A stretch of 62,220 nucleotides of DNA, taken from the NCBI GenBank assembly GCA_035606545.1, contig DATNFC010000162.1, positions 1 to 62,220 of the forward strand. The letters are read 5' to 3'. The position numbers and the translations under genes are program-made. Under the pieces are notes generated by a model that was not told the origin of the DNA, ran no database searches, and saw only the letters and a program-made list of their open reading frames with translations. Below, in pieces: positions 25,149-33,749 of the stretch. The stretch's first letter is position 1; every line of letters begins with the position of its first letter. The stretch comes from Candidatus Methylomirabilota bacterium (GTDB taxonomy: Bacteria > Eisenbacteria > RBG-16-71-46).

Positions 25149-27095
25149 CTACGCCCGAGGCGCCTTCCGGGCCTTCGCCCCCGGCGTCGGCTTCGCCGCC
25201 GCGGGCCGCCTCGCCGGGGCTGGGCTAGCCGGCCTGGCCGCGGCGCCATCCACGCGCTCGAGCCGGGGCTTCAACCCCAGCAGGGCGCGGTGCTCGTCGT
25301 CGCCGCGCTCGGCGCACGCGATCAGCGCCCGGCTCGCGCGCACCGGCATCGCGAGCAGCGCGTGCGAAAGCGTCTTCCCCTGCGCGTCGAGCCGCAGGCT
25401 CACCGTGCCGCCACCGCCCAACGATTCCCCGAGCAGGAAGTTCAACGCCCAGAGATTCGGCACCTCGTGACGCTCGACCTCGCCGCGACAGATGCCGACG
25501 AAATGGTGCTTCACGCGCTTCGCGGTGAGCGTGGCCACGAGCCACGGGTAGATCTCGGGCGCGCGCGCGATGACGCCGACGTTCGCCGTGTCGCCCTTGT
25601 CGCCGCTCCTTGCGTGCGCCAGCTCCGAGAGCGGCACGGTGATCACCTCGTCGCCGCCAGCGGTCGCCGGCGGCTCGGGCCACTTCGGCACGTCGAGCTT
25701 CGCGGGCGACGTCGCGTCGACGAGCGGCGTGGGCCAGTCGAGCTGCCGTTCGCCGGCCGCGGTCGTGAGCGTCGGACGGACGAGGTCGCGCGGCACCAGC
25801 GCCGGCCAGTACGCCACCACCTCCTGCGCCTGCGGGCGACCGCCGGTCACGGCGACGCCGGGCGGACCGGAGAGGATGACCGCGGGCACCATCTTCGAGA
25901 ACGCGTCGATCTTGCCGCGGTCGGGATCGCGCACGGAGAGCCGCAGCAGGACTTCGTTCGGCTCGTTCGCCGCCGCGAGCGGCCCCCAGCACGCCGAGGC
26001 GCCCACGTGCTCGGTGAGCGTGTCCTCGAACTCCAGCCCCAGCCGCTCCCAGAACAGCTCCGCGAACGCTTTCGACTTCGCCAGCGCCTCGGGCCCAGAG
26101 ATGATGAGCGTGCCGTTCGCTTTCCAGCCCTCCGCGTACGCGGCACTGACCTTGAGCGACGACGGCGCCGGCCGGCCCTTCACGCCCCACACGCGCACGC
26201 GGTCGCGGCCGGCCTGCTCGAGCTTCGCGCTCGCGAAGTCCGCGACCACGTCCGGCGTGATGTAGCTGCGCGGGTCGCCCATCTCGTAGACCAGCTGCTC
26301 CTTCACCGTGCGCACGGTCACGGCGCCGCCCGTGCCCTCGTGCTTCGTGACCACGAACGAGCCGTCGGCGTGCACCTCGATCACCGGGTAGCCGATCTCG
26401 GCGAAGCGCGGCACGTCGTGCCAGTCGGTGAAGTTGCCGCCGGTGCTCTGCGCCCCGCACTCGACGATGTGGCCGGCCACGATGCCGGCGGCGAGCCGGT
26501 CCCAGTCGTCAGGCTTCCAGCCGAACGCGTGGATCATCGGCGCCAGCGTGATGCCCGTGTCCGTGCAGCGGCCGGTGACCACGATCTGCGCGCCGGTCTT
26601 CAGCGCCTCCACCACCGGCCAGGCTCCGAAGTAGGCGTTCGCCGACGACACGTGCTCGCGCACCGGGGCGAGCTTGCGGCCGTCCTCCATGTTGTCGAGC
26701 GCCGCGCCGGCCGCCGCCAGCTCGTCGAGCCGCGACATGAGATCGTCGCCCGCCACCGCCGCGACGTGGATGGCGCGGCCCTTCTTCGCGGCGGCGGCAA
26801 GGATGGCCTTCCGGCACGCGGCCGGGTTCACGCCGCCCGCGTTCGAGACCACCTTCACGGACTTCTGCAGCAGCTGGTCGAGCGTCAACTCGACCTGGGT
26901 GATGAAGTCGCGCGCGTACCCGGCCTGGGGATCGCGCGCGCGCTGCTTCTGCATGATGGACATCGTGATCTCGGCGAGGAAGTCGAGCGTCACGAAGTCC
27001 ACCGGACCCAGCTCCACCTGGCGCTTGAACTGCGACAGGTCGTCGCCCCAGTAGCCGCCAGCGTTGGCGATGCGGATGCTGTCGGGACGGGGCAT
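25149..27095 (-). CDS. AtuA-like protein (DUF1446 with a C-terminal DUF4387-like region) with a basic Pro/Ala/Lys tail
   Basis: ATG 27095. Motifs: IRIANAGGYWGDD, DFVTLDFLAEITM, VVSNAGGVNP, VVTGRCTD, HIVECGAQSTGGNF. C-terminal block LAHARSGDKGDTANVGVIAR. Tail is ARPASPAPARRPAAAKPTPGAKARKAPRA. Confidence 0.85.
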   Translation of the reverse strand: MPRPDSIRIANAGGYWGDDLSQFKRQVELGPVDFVTLDFLAEITMSIMQKQRARDPQAGYARDFITQVELTLDQLLQKSVKVVSNAGGVNPAACRKAILAAAAKKGRAIHVAAVAGDDLMSRLDELAAAGAALDNMEDGRKLAPVREHVSSANAYFGAWPVVEALKTGAQIVVTGRCTDTGITLAPMIHAFGWKPDDWDRLAAGIVAGHIVECGAQSTGGNFTDWHDVPRFAEIGYPVIEVHADGSFVVTKHEGTGGAVTVRTVKEQLVYEMGDPRSYITPDVVADFASAKLEQAGRDRVRVWGVKGRPAPSSLKVSAAYAEGWKANGTLIISGPEALAKSKAFAELFWERLGLEFEDTLTEHVGASACWGPLAAANEPNEVLLRLSVRDPDRGKIDAFSKMVPAVILSGPPGVAVTGGRPQAQEVVAYWPALVPRDLVRPTLTTAAGERQLDWPTPLVDATSPAKLDVPKWPEPPATAGGDEVITVPLSELAHARSGDKGDTANVGVIARAPEIYPWLVATLTAKRVKHHFVGICRGEVERHEVPNLWALNFLLGESLGGGGTVSLRLDAQGKTLSHALLAMPVRASRALIACAERGDDEHRALLGLKPRLERVDGAAARPASPAPARRPAAAKPTPGAKARKAPRA

Positions 27096-27280
27096 GGGGC
27101 GGGGCTCTCCGGTCGCTGGAAGCGGCTCGTGCAAACGCCGTCGCACGCTAGACCGGGGCTCGGGACCCGTCAACGCACGCGCCGCGCTCCGCCGCGCGCC
27201 CGACGCGGCCGCACGTGCCATCCCCGCGTCCGTCCGCGCGCAATGGTCGCGTACGCGCGCGCCGCCTTAGCGTGGTACCC

Positions 27281-28273
27281 ATGCTCGTCCTCAAACGACT
27301 CGCCCCGCTCGCCTTGCTCGTGTGCACCGCCGCGCTCGCCGACGACGCGCCGTCGCGCGTGGCGCAGCTCCAGACCGAAGCCAAGACGCTGGCGCCGCTC
27401 TACAAGACGCCGCTCGTGCGCGACTTCCTCGGCGCGGTGCCGAAACTCCCGAGTGTGCAACCGCGAACGGTCTATCGCGACTCCGCGCGCACGCACGCCT
27501 GGAGTTCGCGGCAGGCGGAGCAGCTCCCGGACAGCGTGCGGGCGAAGCTCGTGAGCCGGACGCTCGACGAGAAGTTCTACTACGACACGCGCTACGGCTC
27601 GCCGCTCGCGTACGCGCGGGCGCTCGAGGTGTTGGGCCAGAACGGGGTGAAGAGCGTGCGGGGCTATCGCGTCGCCGACTTCGGCTGCGGCATGCTCGGC
27701 CAGCTGCGGCTGCTCGCCGAGAACGGCGCCACCACGATCGGCATCGACGTCGACCCGCTGTTGCCCGCGCTCTACTCCGAGCCCGGCGACCAGGGCGCGG
27801 TCGGCGCCGGCAGCGTGGCGTTGGCCACCGGCCAGTGGCCCGCCACCGACGAGATGCGGCGCGCGGTGGGTGAGGGGCTCGACCTCTTCATCAGCAAGAA
27901 CACGCTCAAGAACGGCTACCTGCACCCGGCGGAGCCGGTGGACGCGCGGATGCTCGTCCATCTCGGCGTCAGTGACACCGAGTTCGTGGCCGCACTCGCC
28001 CGGAGCGTGAAAAAGGGCGGGCGCGTGCTCATCTACAACCTCTGCCCGGCGCAGGCGCCCGCGGGCAAGCCCTACATCCCGTGGGCCGACGGCCGCTGCC
28101 CGTTCCCGCGCGAGATGTGGACGGCGGCGGGGTTCAAGGTGGTGGAGTTCGACCGCGATGACTCCCCGGCCGCGCGCGCCATGGGACACGCACTGGGCTG
28201 GGACCAGGGCGAGGGCGGTATGAAGCTCGACACCGACCTGTTCGCCACCTGGAGCCTGTTCCAGCGCCAGTGA
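27281..28273 (+). CDS. Class I SAM-dependent methyltransferase fold with an N-terminal signal-like peptide
   Basis: ATG 27281. N-terminus MLVLKRLAPLALLVCTAALADD. Motif I is YRVADFGCGMLGQ. Further blocks: TTIGIDVD and LFISKNTL. Confidence 0.75.
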   Translation: MLVLKRLAPLALLVCTAALADDAPSRVAQLQTEAKTLAPLYKTPLVRDFLGAVPKLPSVQPRTVYRDSARTHAWSSRQAEQLPDSVRAKLVSRTLDEKFYYDTRYGSPLAYARALEVLGQNGVKSVRGYRVADFGCGMLGQLRLLAENGATTIGIDVDPLLPALYSEPGDQGAVGAGSVALATGQWPATDEMRRAVGEGLDLFISKNTLKNGYLHPAEPVDARMLVHLGVSDTEFVAALARSVKKGGRVLIYNLCPAQAPAGKPYIPWADGRCPFPREMWTAAGFKVVEFDRDDSPAARAMGHALGWDQGEGGMKLDTDLFATWSLFQRQ

Positions 28274-28503
28274 CCCTTTGGGGGGAGGAGCCGATCCGGG
28301 TCCGTTGAGCCCCAAGGGCCGCCTCGGGTTGGCGGCCCGGCGCTGGCCGGATGGGCCGGCACGCGGTGATTGCCGGCGCTCGCGGGGAACGGCTATCCTT
28401 CCGCTCGACTTTCCGATCGCAATCCGGGCGGCCATCCTCGCGTCGCGCTACCCCGCCCGGCCCGCCCGATCCCGCACCACGTCCAGGTCCTGGGGGCTTC
28501 CGC

Positions 28504-29094
28504 ATGGCGTCCGTCGCCCGTCCGCTCACGCTCGCCGACGTCGCACTGCCTCGTTCGAACGCGCTCACGGACACGCTGCTCGTGATCGCGGCCTCGCTGG
28601 TGACCGCCGCCGCGGCGCAGATCGAGATCCGCTTACCGTGGACGCCGGTGCCGATCACCGGCCAGACGTTCGCCGTGCTGTTGTCGGGAACGGTGCTGGG
28701 CGCGCGCCGCGCGTTCCTCGGTCAGTGCCTCTACCTGCTCGAGGGCACACTGGGCCTGCCGTTCTTCGCCGGCGGCGCCGCGGGCGTGGCCAAGCTCCTC
28801 GGGCCCACGGGCGGCTACCTGATCGCGTTTCCGTTTGCCGCCGCCATGACCGGGGCGTTTGCCGAGCACGCGCTCGACCGCACGCCGGTGCGGATGTTCC
28901 TCGTCATGATCGCCGGCAGCATCGTCATCTTCGGCCTCGGCCTGGGCCAGCTGTCGCGGTTCGTGCCGGGCGAAGCACTGCTCGCGAGCGGGCTGCTGCC
29001 GTTCGTCCCCGGCGACCTCATCAAGGCGGCGCTGGCCGCCGCCGTGTTCCCGGCGACGTGGAAGTTCGTGAACCGGCTCGGAGGGCGCGCTTGA
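28504..29094 (+). CDS. bioY: Biotin transporter BioY
   Basis: Motifs: PVPITGQTFAVLLSGTVLG, LGLPFFAGG, LLGPTGGYLIAFP, LPFVPGDLIKA. Confidence 0.9.
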   Translation: MASVARPLTLADVALPRSNALTDTLLVIAASLVTAAAAQIEIRLPWTPVPITGQTFAVLLSGTVLGARRAFLGQCLYLLEGTLGLPFFAGGAAGVAKLLGPTGGYLIAFPFAAAMTGAFAEHALDRTPVRMFLVMIAGSIVIFGLGLGQLSRFVPGEALLASGLLPFVPGDLIKAALAAAVFPATWKFVNRLGGRA

Positions 29095-29966
29095 GCCTCC
29101 AGAACGTCGCGGTGCTGGGTGCGGGCATCATGGGCCGCGGCATCGCCTACGCGTCGGTGCTCGGTGGTTACGCCACCACGCTCCAGGACACGAGTCGCGA
29201 CCAGCTCGAGAAGGCCGCGAACGACATCGGCGCCATCCTCGAGAAGGGCGTCGCGACGGGCAAGGTGGCCGACCACGACGCGCTCGAGGCGCGCCGGCGG
29301 CTGCGCACGGTGACGTCGCTCGACGACGCCGCCCGCCAGGCGGACCTCGTGATCGAGGCGGTGCCCGAGCGCATGGAACTGAAGGTCGAGATCTTCGCCC
29401 AGGTCGATCGCGTCGCGCCCGCGCACGCGATCCTCGCCTCGAACACGTCGTCGCTCAGCATCACCGAGATGGCCGCGGCCACGCGGCGCGCGCCGCAGGT
29501 CGTTGGCCTGCACTTCTTCAACCCCGTCCACCGCATGAAGCTGCTGGAGATCGTGCGCGCCCTGGAGACCAGCGAGAAGACGCTGGCGCAGTGCGAGGAA
29601 GTGGGGCGGAGGATGGGCAAGGAGTGCGTGACCGTGCGCGAGTCGCCGGGTTTCGTCACCAGCCGCATCAATGCCATGATCGGCAACGAGGCGTTCTTCA
29701 TGCTGCAGGAGGGCGTCGCGAGCGCCGCCGACATCGACAAGGCACTGAAGCTGGGACTGAACCATCCGATGGGACCGTTCGAGCTCGTGGATCTCGTCGG
29801 GTTGGACACGCGGCTCGCGATTCTTCGCTTTCTCCACCGGACGCTCGGCGAGAAGTTCCGCCCGTGTCCGCTGATCGAGCAGTACGTGGCCGCCGGCCGG
29901 CTGGGCCGGAAGAGCGGCCGCGGGGTGTACGAGTATCCGGCGGTGGCGGACACCGTCGCGACGTAA
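29091..29966 (+). CDS. hbd: 3-hydroxyacyl/3-hydroxybutyryl-CoA dehydrogenase
   Basis: TTG 29091 forms a TTGA overlap with the bioY stop. Rossmann motif VAVLGAGIMGRGIA. Motifs: EAVPERMELK, NTSSLSITE, GLHFFNPVHRMKLLEIV, GFVTSRI, LNHPMGPFEL. Confidence 0.9.
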   Translation: MSLQNVAVLGAGIMGRGIAYASVLGGYATTLQDTSRDQLEKAANDIGAILEKGVATGKVADHDALEARRRLRTVTSLDDAARQADLVIEAVPERMELKVEIFAQVDRVAPAHAILASNTSSLSITEMAAATRRAPQVVGLHFFNPVHRMKLLEIVRALETSEKTLAQCEEVGRRMGKECVTVRESPGFVTSRINAMIGNEAFFMLQEGVASAADIDKALKLGLNHPMGPFELVDLVGLDTRLAILRFLHRTLGEKFRPCPLIEQYVAAGRLGRKSGRGVYEYPAVADTVAT

Positions 29967-30079
29967 CAAAGCAGGTCCCGTTCGCGACCGTCGCGACGGG
30001 GCCACACCCGGGGAAACCCAGGGCGACTCACGAAACGGCGCCGACCTCCGCGGGGGCGGCCGACCGAACGGGGCACCGC

Positions 30080-30877
30080 GTGGCACGCGCGGCAGGGAAG
30101 AAGCAGTCGAGGCGGAAACGCGCCGGGCGGAGCGCGAGCAGCGCGCGCTCCGGGAGGCCGCGCGCGGGTGCCAAGCGCCGGGCCCCGGCGAAGAAGAAGA
30201 GCGCGCGCGCGGCGCCTGCCGCGAAGCGCGCCGGCAAGCGCGTGAGCACGAAGCGCGCCGTGGCGCCGAAGCGCCGCACGCGGTCCACCACGCGCAGCGC
30301 CGTGCGCCGCCCGCGACCCGCGGCCGTACCGGGCACGCGTCCGGTCGCCGTCGCCGTGGCGAGCCCGCCGGCGTTCGCAGCGCAGCGCGCGCACGCCTCG
30401 TCGCGCGAGGAGCTGCTGTTCGAGATGGCGCGTGCGCGCGCCGCGGTGAAGGCCGCGATCCAGGGGCTCTCGGTGGCGAACGCCGCCCGGCCGATCGCGC
30501 GCGGCAAGTGGTCGCCGCTCGAGATCGTGCTCCACCTCGGCGAGCGCGATCGCGTGCGGCTCGAGGAGTTCCACCGCACGCTCCACGGCCAGCCGCGCAG
30601 CTGGGCGAGCATCAGCGACGCCGAGCAGGCCACGGTGAACGAGCAGCACCTGGCGCCCCTGCGCGCGCTCACCTGGGACAGCGCCGTGCGGCGCATGGAT
30701 TCGCTGCGCGAGCAGCTGCTGCTCCGGCTCCACGAGGTGCCGGCGCTGCCCGCCGACGTCTGGCAGCGCGGCCACACGTTCGCCGACATGTTGTGGGCAC
30801 TCCCCGAGCACGACCGGCATCACGCCGGACAGATCAAGCAGGTCCGCATCGGGGAACCGGTGCTGACGGAGGACTGA
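30080..30877 (+). CDS. DinB-family protein with a long Lys/Arg/Ala-rich (histone-H1-like) N-terminal extension
   Basis: DinB core WSPLEIVLHLGERD...WALPEHDRHHAGQI. High GC3 continues upstream through AAGKKQSRRKRAG...AKRRAPAKKKSARAAPAAKRAGKR. The start is uncertain: GTG 30080, or ATG 30425 for the core only. Confidence 0.6.
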   Translation: MARAAGKKQSRRKRAGRSASSARSGRPRAGAKRRAPAKKKSARAAPAAKRAGKRVSTKRAVAPKRRTRSTTRSAVRRPRPAAVPGTRPVAVAVASPPAFAAQRAHASSREELLFEMARARAAVKAAIQGLSVANAARPIARGKWSPLEIVLHLGERDRVRLEEFHRTLHGQPRSWASISDAEQATVNEQHLAPLRALTWDSAVRRMDSLREQLLLRLHEVPALPADVWQRGHTFADMLWALPEHDRHHAGQIKQVRIGEPVLTED

Positions 30878-30878
30878 A

Positions 30879-32339
30879 ATGGCCGAGACGCTCGCGCCGG
30901 TGAAGCCGGGCCGGTTGATCATCGACGGCAAAGCGGTCGACGCCGCATCGGGGGCCACGTTCACCACGGTGAACCCCGCCACCGAGGAGCCGATCACCAC
31001 CGTGGCCGAGGCGGGCCCCGAGGACGTGGACCGCGCGGTCAAGGCGGCCCGCATCGCCCTGGATGGGGCATGGGCGAAGATGAAGCCCATCGACCGTTCG
31101 CGCGTGCTGTGGAAGTTGGGCGACCTGGTGCTCGAGCACGCCGACGAGCTGGCGCGGCTGGAGACGCTCGACAACGGCAAGCCGATCTTCGAGTCGCGCT
31201 ACGTGGACATCGACATGGTGGCGCGCTGCTTCCACTACTTCTCGGGGTGGGCGACGAAGCTCACCGGCGACACCACGCCGGTGAACCCGTCGCTGTTCAC
31301 GTACACGCTGCGCGAGCCCGTCGGCGTGGTGGGCGCGATCATCCCCTGGAACTTCCCGATGATCATGGTCGGCTGGAAGACGGCACCCGCGCTCGCCGCC
31401 GGCAACACGGTCGTCCTGAAGCCCGCCGAGCTGACGCCGCTCACCGCGATCCGCATCGGCGAGCTGGCGCTCGAGGCCGGCATGCCGCCGGGCGTGTTCA
31501 ACGTGCTGCCGGGCAAGGGCCGCATCGCCGGCGAGGCGTTGGTCAAGCACCCCGGCGTGGCGAAGGTGAGCTTCACCGGTTCGACCGAGGTCGGGATCCA
31601 CCTGATGCGCACCGCGGCCGACTCTCTCAAGAAGCTGACACTGGAATTGGGTGGAAAATCACCGAACATCGTGTTCGCCGACGCCGACCTCGACGCCGCG
31701 GTGAAGGGCGCCACGATCGGCATCTTCTACGGCAAGGGCGAGGTCTGCGGCGCGGGATCGCGACTGTTCGTCGAGAAGTCGATCCACGACGATTTCGTGT
31801 CGAAGCTTGCGGAGCGCGCGAAAAAGCTGGTGCCGGCCGACCCGATGGATCCCAAGACGCGGTTGGGCTCGCTGGTCTCGAAGCCGCAGATGGAGCGGGT
31901 GCTCGGCTACGTGGAGAGCGGGGTCAAGGAGGGCGCGCAGTTGATCGCGGGCGGGCAGCGCCAGCCGATCAATGGCAAGGGCGCGTTCGTCCAGGCCACC
32001 GTGCTCGCGGGGGTCAACAACCGCATGCGCGTGGCGCAGGAAGAGATCTTCGGGCCGGTGCTGTCGGTGATCCCGTTCGACGGCGTCGACGACGCGGTGA
32101 CGCAGGCGAACGACGTGCCCTATGGGCTCGCCGCCGGCGTGTGGACGCGCGACGTGAAGAAGGCACACACGGTGGCGCGGCGGCTCGCCGCCGGCACCGT
32201 GTGGGTGAACATGTACGGGTTCTATGATCCCGCCATGCCCTTCGGCGGGGTGAAGGGGTCGGGTTTCGGCCGCGATCTCGGCGAGGCGTGCCTGCAGGAG
32301 TACACGCAAGTGAAAAGCGTATGGATGAACCTCGAGTGA
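30879..32339 (+). CDS. NAD(P)-dependent aldehyde dehydrogenase
   Basis: Motifs: IPWNFP, VVLKPAELTP, FTGSTEVG, LELGGKSPNIVF, GEVCGAGSRLFV, EEIFGPV. Confidence 0.93.
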   Translation: MAETLAPVKPGRLIIDGKAVDAASGATFTTVNPATEEPITTVAEAGPEDVDRAVKAARIALDGAWAKMKPIDRSRVLWKLGDLVLEHADELARLETLDNGKPIFESRYVDIDMVARCFHYFSGWATKLTGDTTPVNPSLFTYTLREPVGVVGAIIPWNFPMIMVGWKTAPALAAGNTVVLKPAELTPLTAIRIGELALEAGMPPGVFNVLPGKGRIAGEALVKHPGVAKVSFTGSTEVGIHLMRTAADSLKKLTLELGGKSPNIVFADADLDAAVKGATIGIFYGKGEVCGAGSRLFVEKSIHDDFVSKLAERAKKLVPADPMDPKTRLGSLVSKPQMERVLGYVESGVKEGAQLIAGGQRQPINGKGAFVQATVLAGVNNRMRVAQEEIFGPVLSVIPFDGVDDAVTQANDVPYGLAAGVWTRDVKKAHTVARRLAAGTVWVNMYGFYDPAMPFGGVKGSGFGRDLGEACLQEYTQVKSVWMNLE

Positions 32340-32357
32340 CGGAGTGAGGATGCGGCC

Positions 32358-33716
32358 ATGGGACGCCTGAGCATCGTCGTGCTGTTCACACCGGAGCTCG
32401 CGCGGCAGCGCGAGTTCTACGAGAAGTCGCTGGGCATGAGCGCCGGGAACGCGGCCGAACGCTGGGTGGCGTTCGGCACCCGCGACGCCGCCCTGGCGCT
32501 GCGCGCGCTCGGCACCGGGGAGAAGCCGCGCATCGAGCTGGGCTTCGACGTGGGCGCGCTCGACAGCCGGCTGGCGCAGCTCGACACCCGCGGGATCAAG
32601 CTCGCGGGCAAGCTCGAGGAGTCCGCCGACTGCCGCATCGCACGCGTCGCCGACCCCGAGGGCAACGTCATCCAGCTCATCGAGCGCACCAGGCCGATGA
32701 CCGGAGGGACGTGGCCGCGGCTCTCGCACGCCATCGTCAATGCGAAGGCATTCGACGCCTGTGCCCACTTCTATCACGACACGCTCGGTTTCAAGATGGC
32801 CGAGGAGCGCGAGCACTGGATCGAGTTCGACACCGGCGGCGCGCGGCTCACGCTGCACGCCTGGCGCGACGCCGATGGCCTGCCGCTCTCGCCCGACCAG
32901 CGCGTGTCGTTCGCGCTCATGGACGACGACCTCGACGCCTGGGCCGACGAGCTGCGCGGCCGCGGCGTGCGCTTCGCGACCACGCCCACGGAAGAGGAGA
33001 TGGGGCGCATGGCGGAGGTGGAGGACGCCGACGGCTGGTTCGTCGTGCTGCGCGGGCCGTCGCCCGACGTGCCGATCGAGGAGGCGCTCGCCGAGGACTA
33101 TGCCGACGAGGACGGCACGCGCATCGAGCAGATCCGGAAGACGACCGATGTGGAGCCCGGCGCGCGGCCCGGCTTCGGCTCGCGCAAGCTCGCGCGCAAG
33201 AAGATCGAGCGTGTGGCAACGAAGGGCTTCGACGCGCTGCAGAAGACGCGCGACGCGGACCGCGGCGGGTTCTCGCCGGGTGGCGGCGGCGGCTCGCGCC
33301 CGTTCACGCCGCGCCCGGAGGGCTCGCGCCCGTTCACGCCGCGCCCGGAGGGCTCGCGTCCGTTCACGCCACGCCCCGAGGGCTCGCGTCCGTTCACACC
33401 GCGCCCGGAGGGTTCGCGTCCGTTCACGCCGCGCCCCGACCGGCCGCCGCGTCCGGACGGCCCGCGCCCGTACTCGCCGGACCGGCCGCCGCGTCCCGAC
33501 GGTCCGCGCCCGTACCCGCCTCCGGCGGGTCCGCAACCGCGGTCCGATCGCCCAGGCGGCACGGGTCCTCGCCCCTACACACCGCGACCGGAAGGTCCGC
33601 GCCCTGGCGGGCCGCCGCGCCGCGACGGTGGCACGGGGCCTCGACCTGGCGGCGCGCGCCCGGGAGGTCCGCGCGAGGGCGGGCCGCCGCGTGGTCCGCG
33701 GCGCGACGAGCGCTGA
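32358..33716 (+). CDS. Tandem VOC/glyoxalase-fold protein with a Pro/Arg/Gly-rich repetitive C-terminal tail
   Basis: Two VOC-like halves (LSIVVLFTPE...DPEGNVIQLIE and LSHAIVNAKA...DADGWFVVLRG). These are followed by five SRPFTPRPEG repeats and two RPPRPDGPRPY repeats. Confidence 0.75.
   Translation: MGRLSIVVLFTPELARQREFYEKSLGMSAGNAAERWVAFGTRDAALALRALGTGEKPRIELGFDVGALDSRLAQLDTRGIKLAGKLEESADCRIARVADPEGNVIQLIERTRPMTGGTWPRLSHAIVNAKAFDACAHFYHDTLGFKMAEEREHWIEFDTGGARLTLHAWRDADGLPLSPDQRVSFALMDDDLDAWADELRGRGVRFATTPTEEEMGRMAEVEDADGWFVVLRGPSPDVPIEEALAEDYADEDGTRIEQIRKTTDVEPGARPGFGSRKLARKKIERVATKGFDALQKTRDADRGGFSPGGGGGSRPFTPRPEGSRPFTPRPEGSRPFTPRPEGSRPFTPRPEGSRPFTPRPDRPPRPDGPRPYSPDRPPRPDGPRPYPPPAGPQPRSDRPGGTGPRPYTPRPEGPRPGGPPRRDGGTGPRPGGARPGGPREGGPPRGPRRDER
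33291..33524 (+). repeat. In-frame tandem repeats: 5 x 30 nt, then 2 x 42 nt
   Basis: GGCTCGCGCCCGTTCACGCCGCGCCCGGAG at 33291, 33321, 33351, 33381 and 33411, with a few mostly synonymous differences. CGGCCGCCGCGTCC(G/C)GACGG(C/T)CCGCGCCCGTAC... at 33441 and 33483. Confidence 0.95.
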
Positions 33717-33749
33717 GCATCCAACCCATCGAGCACGAGGAGTGACGTG

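Noticed and set aside
33291-33440. Five 30-nt direct repeats considered as a CRISPR array.
   Set aside because: The units are contiguous with no spacers, sit in frame inside a CDS, and encode a decapeptide repeat. No cas genes are present.
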